NCBI GenBank assembly: GCA_964016885.1
Contig: OZ024763.1
Span: 8,990,001 to 9,054,000 of the forward strand
Source of the DNA: Eledone cirrhosa
Lineage: Eukaryota
Reading direction: 5' to 3'
Length of the DNA stretch: 64,000 nt
The translations under genes and the position numbers were made by a program. Below, one piece after another: positions 50,970 to 63,315 of this stretch; the stretch's first letter is position 1, and each line of letters opens with the position of its first letter. The notes under the pieces were generated by a model. That model was not told the DNA's origin. It worked only from the letters and a program-made list of their open reading frames with translations, and searched no databases.

Positions 50970-52133
50970 TCAAACTTTTAATTTGTATTTATTTCTCGTT
51001 CCCTCGTTTCGAACGAAAATATCGAATGTACATTCAACTTCGTGAAACTCTTCAAAAAATTTGCGGTATTCATTCTTTGCTAATTCCGCAATAAAAGGAT
51101 TGGAATCGCTAGCATGATTAGGGCTCACAATCTTAGCATCCACGTTATCATCACCACCAGTCTCAGTCTTAGCATCCACGTTATCATCACCACCACCAGT
51201 CTCAGTCTTAGCATCCACGTTATCATCACCACCACCAGTCTCAGTCTTAGCATCCACGTTATCATCATCACCACCAGTCTCAGTCTTAGCATCCATGTTA
51301 TCATCACCACCACCAGTCTCAGTCTTAGCATCCACGTTATCATCACCACCAGTATCAATCTTAGCATCCACGTTATCAGCAGCATCACCAGTATCAATCT
51401 TAGCATCCACGTTCTCATCATCACCACCAGTATCCATCTTAGCATCCACGTTATCATCATCACCACCAGTAACAATCTTAGCATCCACGTTATCAGCATC
51501 ATCACCACCACCACCAATCTTATTACAACCACCATCAAAAACTATCAACATTGTTATTTTTGATTTAAGAACATTACTTGATATATTTTTTAAATAGTCT
51601 GCAATGTTTTCCTTTTCATCATTGTCCTTTACAAAAATAATATCAATGAAATCGAATTGATTCGTTTGTAGTGTATTAATTTTATTTTTCAAGCCTTTGG
51701 TAGACGAGAATATATAATCCACTTCATAATTGTCGTCGTTTTCGAAAATTTCGGTCTGTTCCACTTCATCCAAACCTTGGCAGATAAACATTTTCCTTTT
51801 CGGCAGCTTTTCTTCTACGTGCAGTTTTTTTTCTGTTTTTACTCCAGTTTCTTCCACAACTCGCTCCTCGTCTTTCATTGCTCTTTTGAAACGATTTAAT
51901 AATTTATCGTTGCCTGTAATGTCTAAAATGCGGATGAACTTTTTAGGCGAAACTCTTCTTCTTCCTAAAATATCCAACAGTGTCCTGATTCTGTTAGCTT
52001 CTATAGGTTTAGAATTGATGAGGTTGTAGTTGGAAGTTGTAATATATTCATCAGATATTAAATGATCCAGGACAGAATCGAGGGAAATAAGATCGTCCAC
52101 AATATCTGGACGTAGCTTCAGGTAAAGATCCAT
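50970..52133 (-). CDS. Intronless 387-aa CARD-domain protein with putative degenerate caspase fold and acidic tandem repeats
   Basis: ccaaaATGg start. LRPDIVDDLISLDSVLDHLISDEYIT...RIRTLLDILGRR..KKFIRIL fits CARD consensus. Open to TGA at 50970. Ten GGDDNVDAKTET-type repeats. The ORF track extends it to 52211, but those 26 aa are low-complexity. Confidence 0.8.
   Translation of the reverse strand: MDLYLKLRPDIVDDLISLDSVLDHLISDEYITTSNYNLINSKPIEANRIRTLLDILGRRRVSPKKFIRILDITGNDKLLNRFKRAMKDEERVVEETGVKTEKKLHVEEKLPKRKMFICQGLDEVEQTEIFENDDNYEVDYIFSSTKGLKNKINTLQTNQFDFIDIIFVKDNDEKENIADYLKNISSNVLKSKITMLIVFDGGCNKIGGGGDDADNVDAKIVTGGDDDNVDAKMDTGGDDENVDAKIDTGDAADNVDAKIDTGGDDNVDAKTETGGGDDNMDAKTETGGDDDNVDAKTETGGGDDNVDAKTETGGGDDNVDAKTETGGDDNVDAKIVSPNHASDSNPFIAELAKNEYRKFFEEFHEVECTFDIFVRNEGTRNKYKLKV
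51130..51515 (-). repeat. Coding minisatellite, ten 36-39-bp units
   Basis: cttagcatccacgttatcatcaccaccaccagtctcagt. All length variation is in multiples of 3. Confidence 0.9.
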
Positions 52134-54309
52134 TTTGGAGAGTAAATTACTTCCGCAAACGGTGTCAACCCAAAATAATACACGGCGAAAAAATAAAAAA
52201 TTATAATACATTTAAAAAAAAAAAATCATAAAACTCCGAGAAACTATTTATATTTATATTTGTTTCTACTTTAGGCACAAGGCCAGCAATTTATATTGTT
52301 TAACCGTTGGTCAATCAATGATTTTTTAAAAATTTTATTCAATAACTGTATGTATAACTGGGTAGAAAGTTTCAAATCTATAAAGATGGCTCTTCTTAAC
52401 ATATATTGTAACTTATTACTACATTATTAGTTTAGCTAGACCCGTGAGTTGAAGTGGCTCTTCCAGCGCGTCTTCTCTATTCTGTCCGCCGGGGCTGGGG
52501 GAGAGAGAACCCGATTATATTACGAATTCTGTTGAATAGTCTTAAATACTAGAAAGGTTATAAAACAATGTTGCAGTAACCATTTTGTACATAATATCTT
52601 TTTCTTTGCCCACTGAGAGGGTCGTGGGGTGGTAGAGTCCTCAAACACTCCTTCTAGCGGGTCATTCTAATCACATGTCTGTAATCTCTCAAATCTATTC
52701 AGTGATTCTTTCCTGAGACATTCTAACAACTATACACCAAAATATATGATCATCATATATTTGTGAGGTTCCTAGCAATAGTTAATTGTATTTACTATAT
52801 GTGTTTATATATTCAATATGAAAGAATTGTGAATAATTTGTAATGTTATTTATACAACCGTAAATAAAATGTTTTAAATCCATCTATACACTCTGCTATA
52901 GTATTGAATGCTAATATTGGTACCTTCTTCGGTAAACCACAAATCTACTGAATTACCTTATACATATATGAGCCCCGGCTTCAATCGGGGGTAATCTCAG
53001 TAGGTAAGGTACTCAATACATTAGTAGAATATAAACAAGAACTGTTTCATTCGAGTGAAACAGGTCTAGTACAGTAGAAGCCATTTCTATATAAAAATTA
53101 ATAAATGTACGTATATATACGGAGCTCGTTGAGACGAATTGTTGAGAGAAGGGACTTGACTGTAGCACACTCGTTTTAACTTTTGGGTCTCGAATAATCG
53201 TCCTCACCCACCCGCTTATTAATTTTTCAGATTTTTTTTCCAACAACTTAATAAATTTTGCTTATATCTATTTCTGGTGGAATTTTATTTTAACAATGAA
53301 TTTTTTTATACATGACAAAAAAAAACAAACATTACTAGAATTCTCATACGTTATAAAATAAAAAGGATGGGTTGGGGTCTCAATATGTAAACTAAACGAC
53401 TTGCTCTTTTTTTGTTTGTTTATTAATATCAACGGTGACAACATAGAAAAATTACTGATTTTCCAATCCCCCACCCTATTATTTGGGACCCGAGAGTAAA
53501 TATTTGTCATGCAATCAGCAACAGTCCGACAAATCAATATTTCTTGTTATTTGTGCGTATAGTTTAACCCTTTATTATTTCCATTACTCTATATTTACTG
53601 TTTTGAGAACAATACCATAACATTAGTATGAGCGGCCGGTTACAGCCGGTTTGAACAGAAAGAGGTGAGGGAATTCTGGCCGGATACAGCCGATATTTGC
53701 AGAATTCTGCGAACTATATTTCGACTGGTTTTGGCCAGAATTGTCTAACTTTTGAGTGTGATACCGTTTTCGGTTATCTTAACTAAAGATATACGGGACT
53801 CATTCCTTATTTATTCAGCTCTCTCTATCTCTTTCTTTCCCTCCTCTCTGTTAAAAACTACACCTTTTATCTAGAGAGAAAAGAAAGCAGACAAACAAAA
53901 GGTGTTTGAAAGGAAATGAAAGCAAATTGTAATAAGGAAAAAAAAAAAATTATTAAGGGGAAACCACTCTGGTCTGCACTAGAACATTTACCTTTATCTT
54001 ACATCACATTAACATAGCCTTAACATTAATTATATTTACGGGCAAATAGCCTGGGGGTCTATTTTACAGGGACCGGCAAAATAGCATATTCGTTAAAAAT
54101 AAATTAAGACTATATGAACATTTAAATGGCTTACCTGTAATTATATTGTGTTGATAGTTCCGTATTTTGAAGAAGATTATAAAGTACAACTTTCCCTGTA
54201 GCTACATCAAATTAATTCCCTTCTTTTGCCCCTTGAAGTCTAATTAGCAACAAAACACTTTCATTACGGACTGTTGTATTGGTCTAACTCTAAACCTTGC
54301 ATTATTTAG

Positions 54310-54492
54310 ATTGGCAGTATCGGTAGAGGGTCGGACGCCATGCTTTCCAGCATAGTTACGTCCCTTTACGATCTGAGTTCAAATCCCGCCGAGGTTGACT
54401 TTGCCTTTCATCCTTACGGGGTCGATAAAATAAAGTACCAGTAATGCACTGGGTAATTGCTGGCCTTGTGCCTAAAGTAGAAACAATTATTT
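54310..54492 (+). mobile_element. tRNA-derived SINE, well-preserved copy
   Basis: Near-identical to 49061-49245. A and B boxes present. Confidence 0.85.
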
Positions 54493-55393
54493 ATTTTGAA
54501 CCGGTGTAGTTGTTTAAGATTATCTGTGTAATATTCATTCCACCTTCTCTTGGTGGGGGCGTTAATTTAATATCTTTACACTAAAAATGTTAAAGAAATA
54601 CTGCCATAAATAAACCAAACCTTTTTCGTGTTTGACAAGCTGTGACAGTCTTTAGAAGTATCATTACATTGTTCAATCATGGTCCTATATCTCGTCACAG
54701 ACCATGAATTTACATTTATTTACTTGTTATTTTTAGATAAAGATAATTTTTGGTAGAAATTCTTTCTGGTGGTGAATTTGAAGAGTTGTTAGAACGTCGG
54801 ATAGAAGTCTTTGTCATATTCACACTGGTTCTCTGTGTTCAAATTCTGTTGGGGTAAACTTTGCCTTCCTTCCTCCTGTGGTCAACAAAAAATCAGACCC
54901 GTCAATTCTCCCCATCTAACGAGATCTCCCACCCACTTTTGGGTGGGTGAGAGAAATCTTCTCTTGTTAAAATGGGTATAGCTTTCATTATGTAAAATCT
55001 CCCCATTTTGCCTCATTTTTCACCGTTTTGGGGCACTTTTTTTCATGGTACTCCCTGTTTGGGTTTTTAGAGGTTGGCAGGTCTGCAAAAATTCACCAGT
55101 CCATTCCTCTTTAATACTCTCTCTCTTTCCTTACTCAAGAAGAAATTGGTCATATTCAGATGTGGTGCATTATGTAGTCAATCTGATGAGCTTGTTCACT
55201 GGATTGATAAGCTCTCAGAAGGCTGACCAGTTTCCTGAAATTATTGTTACAAATAGTTCATTTGTATCACAAAACTCCAACACACGCTCTCAGTTCGAAG
55301 ACTGACCGGTTGTGATGAAGAACTGACCACCTGGTCTTTCTCAGTTTGAAGACTGACCTATGTGATGAAAATCCAAATTCTACATGAGGTGAT

Positions 55394-55620
55394 TCTGATA
55401 TGGCTATCATAAGATAGTCTAGCAGAACAGGCCAGATCTAGAGTCTCTGACATGGCTATCAAAGGATAGTCTAACAGAACAGGTGACATCTAGAGTCTCT
55501 GATATGGCTATCATAAGATAGTCTAGCAGAACAGGTCAGATCTAGTCTCTGATATGGCTATCACGGGATAGTCTAACAGAACAGGTGACATCTAGAGTCT
55601 CTGATATGGCTATCATACGA
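55394..55620. repeat. ~52-bp tandem repeat, ~4.5 units in alternating A/B pattern
   Basis: tctgatatggctatc-N4-gatagtcta.cagaacagg..catctagagtc. Confidence 0.85.
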
Positions 55621-55883
55621 TCATGTCGGAACACCAGTGACTTCACAGATGATCAACTATTAATTCAACAATAGGTTGGCACAGAGAAATTTATTAGCAT
55701 GCAGGTATAGCGAGCTGCACATATATTTTTGCAATTAGAAAAAGCAAACTGAATGCTTCACCTTCGAAAGAGCTGATAACTCATGGCTGTTTTTTTCTTT
55801 CCTTTTTCATAATTATGTTCAGTACGGCATATATTGTTTAGTTTACAAACATCAATAATCTAAACAAAATACTCTTGGTCCAG

Positions 55884-56149
55884 TCCACCTCGGTCAGATA
55901 ATTGAGGTCCAGAGGATACTGAGGTTAGCTGGACATGCCCACCGACATCCAGAGTTGACATTGCACTCAGTGCTCCTGTGGGAGCCCCTACATGGACACA
56001 CTGGAAGAGGAAGACCAAGGTTAACGTATGTTGATGCCCAAAGGACAGACACTGGTCTGTTGGAGATGCAGGACATGGCAGTGATAATGAGCGACAGAGA
56101 CCGCTGGAGAGAACTCGTCCATGGATCTCGGGAATTTTACCCCTCCTAG
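55884..56149 (+). mobile_element. 3' end of a second RTE-like LINE family (also 49530-49690)
   Basis: LRLAGHAHRHPEL..VLLWEP..GRGRPRLTYVD..DRDRWRELV. Confidence 0.75.
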
Positions 56150-56257
56150 ATATATATATTTATTAAAATAACAGATTAAAGTTTAAGCAAAGAATCGCTG
56201 CTTTCACCCTTAACGGGATCTTCTGAAACTAACAAAGTCAATCTGTGAACGCAGGAG

Positions 56258-58552
56258 ACAAGTACTTTGCATGTTCTACAACGCGAGGACCAAAAACGTG
56301 AGGTGTTCAGGATTGCTAGGCAATGTGTCAAAGAAAACCGTGATATTGTCGGGGAGAAGTGTGTCCGTAATGATGATGGTGTACTTGCCATCACTGATGC
56401 TGATAAGAAGGTAGCTTGGAAGTGTCACTACGAAAGGCTACTAAATGAGGAGAATAAATGGGAGAAAGACAGTCTCCCCCACATCGATCCAATAGAGGGA
56501 CCAGCAGTGCAAGTTGAAGGTAGTATAATAAGTAAGGCAATCAAAGATATGAAGATGGGCAAGGCGCCTGGGCCTTTGGAAATAGTTGCTGAAATGCTGA
56601 AAGCCTCTGGAATGGTGGGACACACTATGGTCACCCGGATAGTAAACCAAGTCATACAGAATGGGGTTGTTCCAAAGGACTGGCGTAGCAGCATCATCAT
56701 TAACTGCTACAAGGGTAAAGGAGATGCCCTAGATAGGGGAAACTATAGTGGCATTAAATTAATTGACCAGGTCATGAAGGTCACAGAAAAAGTAATAGCG
56801 CAACTAATCAGAGAGCGAACTGATCTAGATGAAATGCAGTTCGGGTTTGTGTCAGGTAAAAGTACCACAGACGCTCTTTTCCTTGTATGACAACTACCGG
56901 AGAAGTACCTAGCTAAAAGTAAACCCCTATACTTAGCTTTTGTTGACTTGGAAAAAGCCTTTGATAGAGTCCCACGCCCCATTATCAGGTGGGCTCTCAG
57001 AAAACTAGGTGTTGATGAATGGCTTGTGAGAGCTATACAAGCCTTGTATAAAGAAACAGTCAGCAAGGTTAGAATTAACAACGAATATAGTGAAGAGTTT
57101 AGTGTAAAAGTTGGTGTTCATCAGGGCTCTGTCCTTAGCCCCCTCCTATTTATTATTGCACTTCAGGCTATAACAGAGGAGTTCAAGACCGGCTGCCCAT
57201 GGGAACTTCTATACGCAGATGATCTAACGCTCATAGCTGAATCAATGGCTGAACTAGAGAAGAAATTCCAAACATGGAAGCATGGCCTAGAATCAAAAGG
57301 CCTTAAAATTAACTTGTCTAAGACTAAAGTTCTAGTATGTAGGAAGGAAAATAGGGCACTGGTCCCATCTGGGAAATGGCCATGCTCATTGTGTAGGAAA
57401 GGAGTAGGCAGAAATTCCATTTTATGTCCCAAATGCAAAGTATGGGTGCATATAAGATGAAGTGGGATCACAGGTAAGCTAACTAAGAACAGATTTTATA
57501 TGTGGCCAGTGCTCAGGTGCAATAAGTAGTAGCAAGTGCTCACAGGATACTAGCTCATTCCATTGCCCAGATGGTTCTATAGAAATAGTGGACACCCTCC
57601 ATTACCTGGGTGACAAAATCAGCAGTGGTGGAGGGTGCTCTGAAAGTACAGTATCTAGAGTCAGAATGAGATGGAAAAAGTTCAGAGAGCTTATACCACT
57701 ATTGGCTGCTAAAGGTTTCTCTCTAAAAATGTATGATGCCTGCATACGAACAGCAATGTTACATGGCAGTGAGACTTGGGCATTGTGTGCAGAGGATCTA
57801 CGCAGACTGGAGAGGAATGAAGCTTGCATGCTCCGTTGGATGTGTAATAGTAATATACGTGAACGGCAAAGCATCAATGAACTATGTGAGAAAGTGGGAA
57901 TAAAAGGGATCAGATGCTGTTTACTTGAGAGAAGACTACGTTGGTATGGTCACGTGATGTGCATGAAAGACGACAGCTGTATAAAAAAGTGTAGGGCGAT
58001 CAAAATAGACAGTAGCTACGGAGTAGGCAGACCCAGAAAAATCTGGGACGACTTCATAAATTCCGACCTTACACACTTACACCTCTCCAAGACAATGTCA
58101 CTGGACCGAGATCTTTGGTGCTACGCAGTAATACAGAAGACCCGCCTTGCCTAAGTACAAAGCGAAACCTACAGTCAGTAGGCACCTCTTAATTAAACAT
58201 ACACCCCCATCCCACTACCCCTACTCCATCCTTCCACTCCCACCAACACCACCCTTTCTCTGTAAAGTTATGTTGGTACCACATCATCCAGTCCTAAATA
58301 AATGAGGTCGTGTATGTGTCACGACAAAAAAACACACAGTCCACGCTGTAATGTGGCCATGTAGGTAACACGGTAAAAAGCTCCCAGTCCACACTGTAAA
58401 CGTGGTTGGTGTTAGGAAGGGCATTCAGCCATAGAAAATCTGTCAGCCAGCCCTACACGAGCAAGACAACCAATCTTGCCTCAAGTGGGACAATTCCCAT
58501 CTAAACCCATGTTAGCGTGGAAGATAGACGTTAAACGATGATGATGATGATG
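56258..58552 (+). mobile_element. RTE LINE copy, 5'-truncated, with stops and frameshift
   Basis: ORFs 56267-56890, 56948-57460 and 57588-58154 are homologous to 29924-32629. 3' UTR and (GAT)n tail present. Confidence 0.92.
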
Positions 58553-59154
58553 ATATATATATATTATAAATATCATCATCATCATTTTTACGTCCGCTTT
58601 TCCCTGCTTGCAAGGGTGGGACGGGAACTGATTCTGGCTTGATTTCTACAGCTGGATGCCCTTCCTAACACCAACCTCATTTACAGTGAGTGCTGGGTGT
58701 TTTTTGCCGTGGCACCTCCACGACCACTTTGCAGTGGAATGATAGGGACCCCAGTCCTTATCTCATTTCTACAGCTGCTTAAACTGGAGCAATGTGAAAT
58801 AAAGTGTCTTGCTCAAGGAAACAACACATCACCCGGTCTGAGAATTGAACTCAAAACCTTTCGATTACAAATTATATATATATATATAATTTGAAATCGT
58901 GTATAACCGTGTCATATCACAGACCTGGATAGGGTGATTGTTTGGTTGAGAGAGGGGAAACTACCTAGGTGGGTTTCATAGAACTTTGGGGTAGTTGATG
59001 GTCAACTACCTTCAGACTTGCGCCTGCGCAGACCAGTAGAGGTGAATTGGGACTCACAAGGGAATGGGCGAAGAATTCAAGAGCACACGCTTTGTCCGTT
59101 CCCTTGTCGATTCAATTTGGATTGTCTCAGAAACATAACCTTATTATGTAAGAA

Positions 59155-59229
59155 GCTGTCTGATGATGTCACCGCACTGGGTACACCGATGAGTGTCGCC
59201 ACTGTCGTCATTGAAATATGTATCACAGC
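59155..59229 (+). ncRNA. Minimal hammerhead ribozyme candidate
   Basis: gctgt-CTGATGA-...-GAAA-tatgtaTC-acagc. Stem I is a perfect 5 bp; the stem II base is non-canonical. Confidence 0.55.
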
Positions 59230-59639
59230 ATTATCATTAAAGGACTTTAACATCTGAAACTACTTCGCTTTTTCTTATTCTATATATATATATATATTAT
59301 ATATATATATACATTATATATATAATATATATACATTATATATATATATATATATATAATATATATACATTATATATAATATATATTTACGGTCTGAGTT
59401 CAAATCCCGCCGAGGTTGACTTTGCCTTTCATCCTTACGGGGTCGATAAAATAAAGTACCAGTAATGCACTGAGTAATTGCTGGCTTTGTGCCTAAAGTA
59501 GAAACAATTATATATAATATATATACATTATATATATATATATATATATTATATATAATATATATACATTATATATATATATATATTATATACATATATA
59601 TATATATAATATATATATTATATATATATATATGTAGAA

Positions 59640-60094
59640 TTTCAATTTCTATTTAAATTGTTGGGATACAACAAGCAAATATTTTTATAACTGATATAAA
59701 GCAAACAAATAATTGGAGTAAAAATACGATATTAACAAATGGAAACTATATTTATAAAACCATATTTATTTCATTATACATATTTCAAGGACACCAAGTT
59801 AAATTATGGTGTGCTTTCATCAGATAAAATATAATATAGAGCAGTTTTATAAATAAATATTGACATACCCTTAAAGAATGCAACCATTACAGTTGGAAGC
59901 TTCTGGATAGTCTACTATCCAGAAGCTTCCAACTGTAATGGTTGCATTCTTTAAAGGTATGTCAATATTTATTTATAAAACTGCTCTATATTATATTTTA
60001 TCTGATGAAAGCACACCATAATTTAACTTGGTGTCCTTGAAATATGTATAATGAAATAAATATGGTTTTATAAATATAGTTTCCATTTGTTAAT

Positions 60095-60100
<6 letters not shown>
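59640..60100. mobile_element. Palindromic hammerhead-bearing element (arms ~59725-59910 / 59915-60100)
   Basis: Same family as 5330-5895. Intact cores at 59768-59830 (-) and 59995-60057 (+). Confidence 0.8.
59995..60057 (+). ncRNA. Minimal type I hammerhead ribozyme
   Basis: attttat-CTGATGA-aagcacacca..tggtgtcctt-GAAA-tatgtaTA-atgaaat. Confidence 0.75.
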
Positions 60101-60131
<31 letters not shown>

Positions 60132-60806
60132 CAGAAATAGCCATCGGGGGTCATACTTTCTGCCATCGGGGTCCTACTTTTTCCTATTTCCCACTCTACT
60201 ACCCTAAGTATTGAGTACTCTGGTGCATTATGGTCTATTTGGTTCCTTACCACAATTCCTTTGTTATATATATATTACATATATATATATATATATATTA
60301 CATATATATATATATATATATGTAATATATATATATATTACATATATATATATAAATATATACAATATATTAATAAATGGAAACTATATTTATAAAACCA
60401 TATTTATTTTATATACATATTTCAAGGGCAACCAAGGCAAATTATGGTGCGCTTTCATCATATAAAATAGATTTGTTTTATAAATAAATATTGACATACC
60501 CGGAAAAAAAGACAACCTCAACGGTTGGAGCTTCCTGGATAGTGGAGATATTATTTTATTGAGGGTAATACAAAGTTATGAGTGAGTATGCAAATGAGTG
60601 TCCGAAAGGTTGAAAAGATAACGCTTTATTTAAATTAAACTGTTGGATGAAGATGATATGTAAGGGAGAGAGAAAAAAAGAAAAAAGGAGAAAGATAGAA
60701 GAGGAAAGAAAGAACGATAATAGATATTGATAGTGCAGATAGAGTGCATGAAGAAATAAGTTTCAAAGGATAAATATACACAGCGTAAGTATATCTAAGT
60801 GAAAGA

Positions 60807-60870
60807 ATTTTATCTGATGAAAGCGCACCATAATTTACCTTGGTTGCCCTTGAAATATGTATAATAAAAT
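60807..60870 (+). ncRNA. Minimal type I hammerhead ribozyme (variant)
   Basis: attttat-CTGATGA-aagcgcacca..tggttgccctt-GAAA-tatgtaTA-ataaaat. It is part of an inverted-repeat element at 60360-61000. Confidence 0.7.
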
Positions 60871-61248
60871 AAATATGGTTTTATAAATATAGTTTCCATT
60901 TATTAATACATTGTGTATTTACTCCACCACTAGTTGAGTGCTTTATATCATTTATAATCATTTTTAAGCTTGTTGAATCCCAACAAATTAAATATAACCT
61001 CTGCATATATATATATATAAATCATCATCATCATTTTACGTCCGCTTTTCCCTGCTTGCAAGGGTGGGACGGGTCTTATTCAGCACAGCATCTCTCCACT
61101 TGTCACAGTCCTTCGTCATCTCCACCGTGAGCTTCAATGATCTGCAGTCTGTTCTCACCACCTCCGCCCATATTTTTCTTGGTCTACCTCTACCACGTCT
61201 TCCTTCCACTGGCATTTCTTCACCCATCGGTCATCCTCCATATATAAA

Positions 61249-61410
61249 TATATAAAGAATGAATAATAACAGGTAGACATCATAAAAAGGTAATTTATTC
61301 CGTGTGCTTACAAGTGTTTCCACGGCAGTACCACCGTGGAAACACTTGTAAGCACACGGAATAAATTACCTTTTTATGATGTCTACCTGTTATTATTCAT
61401 TCTTTATATA
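61249..61410. repeat. Perfect palindrome, ~75-bp arms, 7-nt loop
   Basis: tataaagaatgaataataacaggtagacatc...gtttccacgg-cagtacca-ccgtggaaac... Confidence 0.85.
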
Positions 61411-61569
61411 CACTCCGGAATACTGAAGGATCAGGAACTAAGTTTCTTGAACAATTCTTCCATAACTCGTAGAGTAACCTCTTACCGTACGTCAACCATA
61501 TCCAGTGTAGTAATTAACCATTACTACATCTTGGATAATCCTATACCTAATATATAAATATATATATAT

Positions 61570-61795
61570 AGCGACAGTCGATCGACTTTCGTCAAATCGG
61601 ACCGAGGGAACAATGTTTCCGTTGGTCTTTCCAATAGCTAGTACTCTCTATCGGTCGCAACTCCAGGTAAAAGGAGCAACGTGAAATAAAGTGTCTTGCT
61701 CAAGGACATAACGCATCGCCCGGTCCGGGAATCGAACTTACAACCTCACGATTAGGAATCCAATTCTCTAACCACTCGGCCACACGCCTTCACTA
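61570..61795 (-). mobile_element. tRNA-derived CORE-like SINE
   Basis: Reverse strand: gtggccgagtggttagag...gttcgattccc...gtccttgagcaagacactttatttcac. Partial copy at 58770-58870. Confidence 0.75.
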
Positions 61796-61825
61796 TATAT
61801 ATATATTATATATATTATATATATA

Positions 61826-61863
<38 letters not shown>

Positions 61864-61916
61864 CATATATATATATATTACATATATATATATATATTAC
61901 ATATATATATATATTA

Positions 61917-63270
61917 CAAGACTAAAGTTCTAGTTTGTAGGAAAGAAAATAAGGCGGCGGTCCCATCTGGGAAATGGCCATGCTCAGTGTGTAGGAAAGG
62001 CGTAGGTAGAAACTCCATTTTATGTCCCAAATGCAAAGTATGGGTGCATAAAAGATGTAGTGGGATCACAGGTAAGCTAACTAAGAACATAGATTTTACA
62101 TGTGGCCGGTGCTCTGGTGCAATAAGTAGCAGCAAGTGCCCACAAAATACTAGCTCCTTCAACTGCGCAGAGGGTTCTATAGAAATAGTGGACAGCTTCC
62201 GTTATCTGGGTGACAAAATCAGCAGTGGGGGAGGGTGCTCTGAAAGTACAGTAGCTAGAGTCAGAACTGGATGGAAAAAGTTCAGAGAGCTTATACCACT
62301 ATTAGCCGCTAGAGGGTTCTCCCTAAAAATGAAAGGCAGGTTATACGATGCCTGCATACGAACAGCAATGCTGCATGGCAGTGAGACCTGGGCATTGTGT
62401 GCAGAGGATATACGCAGACTAGAGATGAACGAAGCTTGCATGCTCCGCTGGATGTGCAATAGTAATATACGTGAACGGCAAAGCATAAACGAACTAAGGA
62501 AAAAATTAGAAATAAGAGGGATCAGATGTTGTTTACTCGAGAGAAGGCTACGTTGGTACGGTCACGTGATGCGCATGAAAGACAGCTGTATAACAAAGTG
62601 CAGGGCAATAAAGATAGACGGTAGCCACGGAGTAGGCAGACCCAGAAAAACATGGGACGAGCTGATAAATTCCGACCTCACACGCTTACACCTCTCCAAG
62701 ACAATGTCACTGGACCGAGACCTTTGGCGGTACTCAGTAATAGAGAAGACCCGCCTTACCTAAATACAAAGTAAAAACCTACTACAGTCAGTAGGCATCT
62801 CTATCAAAACACACCCCCGTCCCACCACCTCCACCCCACCCACACCGCCCCTTTCAATGTAAAGTTATGTTGGTCCCACAACATCCAGGCCGAAACAAAT
62901 GAGATCGTGTAGGTGTCACGACAAAAAACACAGTCCACGCTGTAAATGTGGCCGTGTAGGCAACACGGTAAAAACCTCCCAGCCCCACACTGTAAATGTG
63001 GTTGGTGTTAGGAAGGGCATCCAGCTGTAGAAAACCCGCCAGACAGTCCACGCTGTAATGTGGCCGTGTAGGCAACACGGTAAAAACCTCCCAGCCCCAC
63101 ACTGTAAATGTGGTTGGTGTTAGGAAGGGCATCCAACTGTAGAAAACCTGCCAGACAGTCCTATGCGAGCAAGACAACCACTCTTGCCTCAAGTGGGAAA
63201 ACCCCCGTCCAAACCCATGCAAGCGTGGAACACGGACGCTAAACCTGATGATGATGATGATGATGATGAT
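61917..63270 (+). mobile_element. RTE LINE 3' fragment with internally duplicated 3' UTR
   Basis: ORF 61987-62763 is homologous to the RTE C-terminus. A ~100-bp UTR segment is duplicated in 62930-63160. (GAT)n tail. Confidence 0.92.
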
Positions 63271-63279
63271 ATATATTAC

Positions 63280-63315
<36 letters not shown>

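Noticed and set aside
54125-54140. Minus-strand donor (CAG/GTAAGC) as a 5' UTR exon of the CARD gene
   Set aside because: No matching acceptor is evident upstream of the 52133 ATG. It cannot be supported without transcripts.
61700-61795. Genuine tRNA genes at A/B-box sites
   Set aside because: No complete cloverleaf, and the boxes run into SINE body sequence present in multiple copies.
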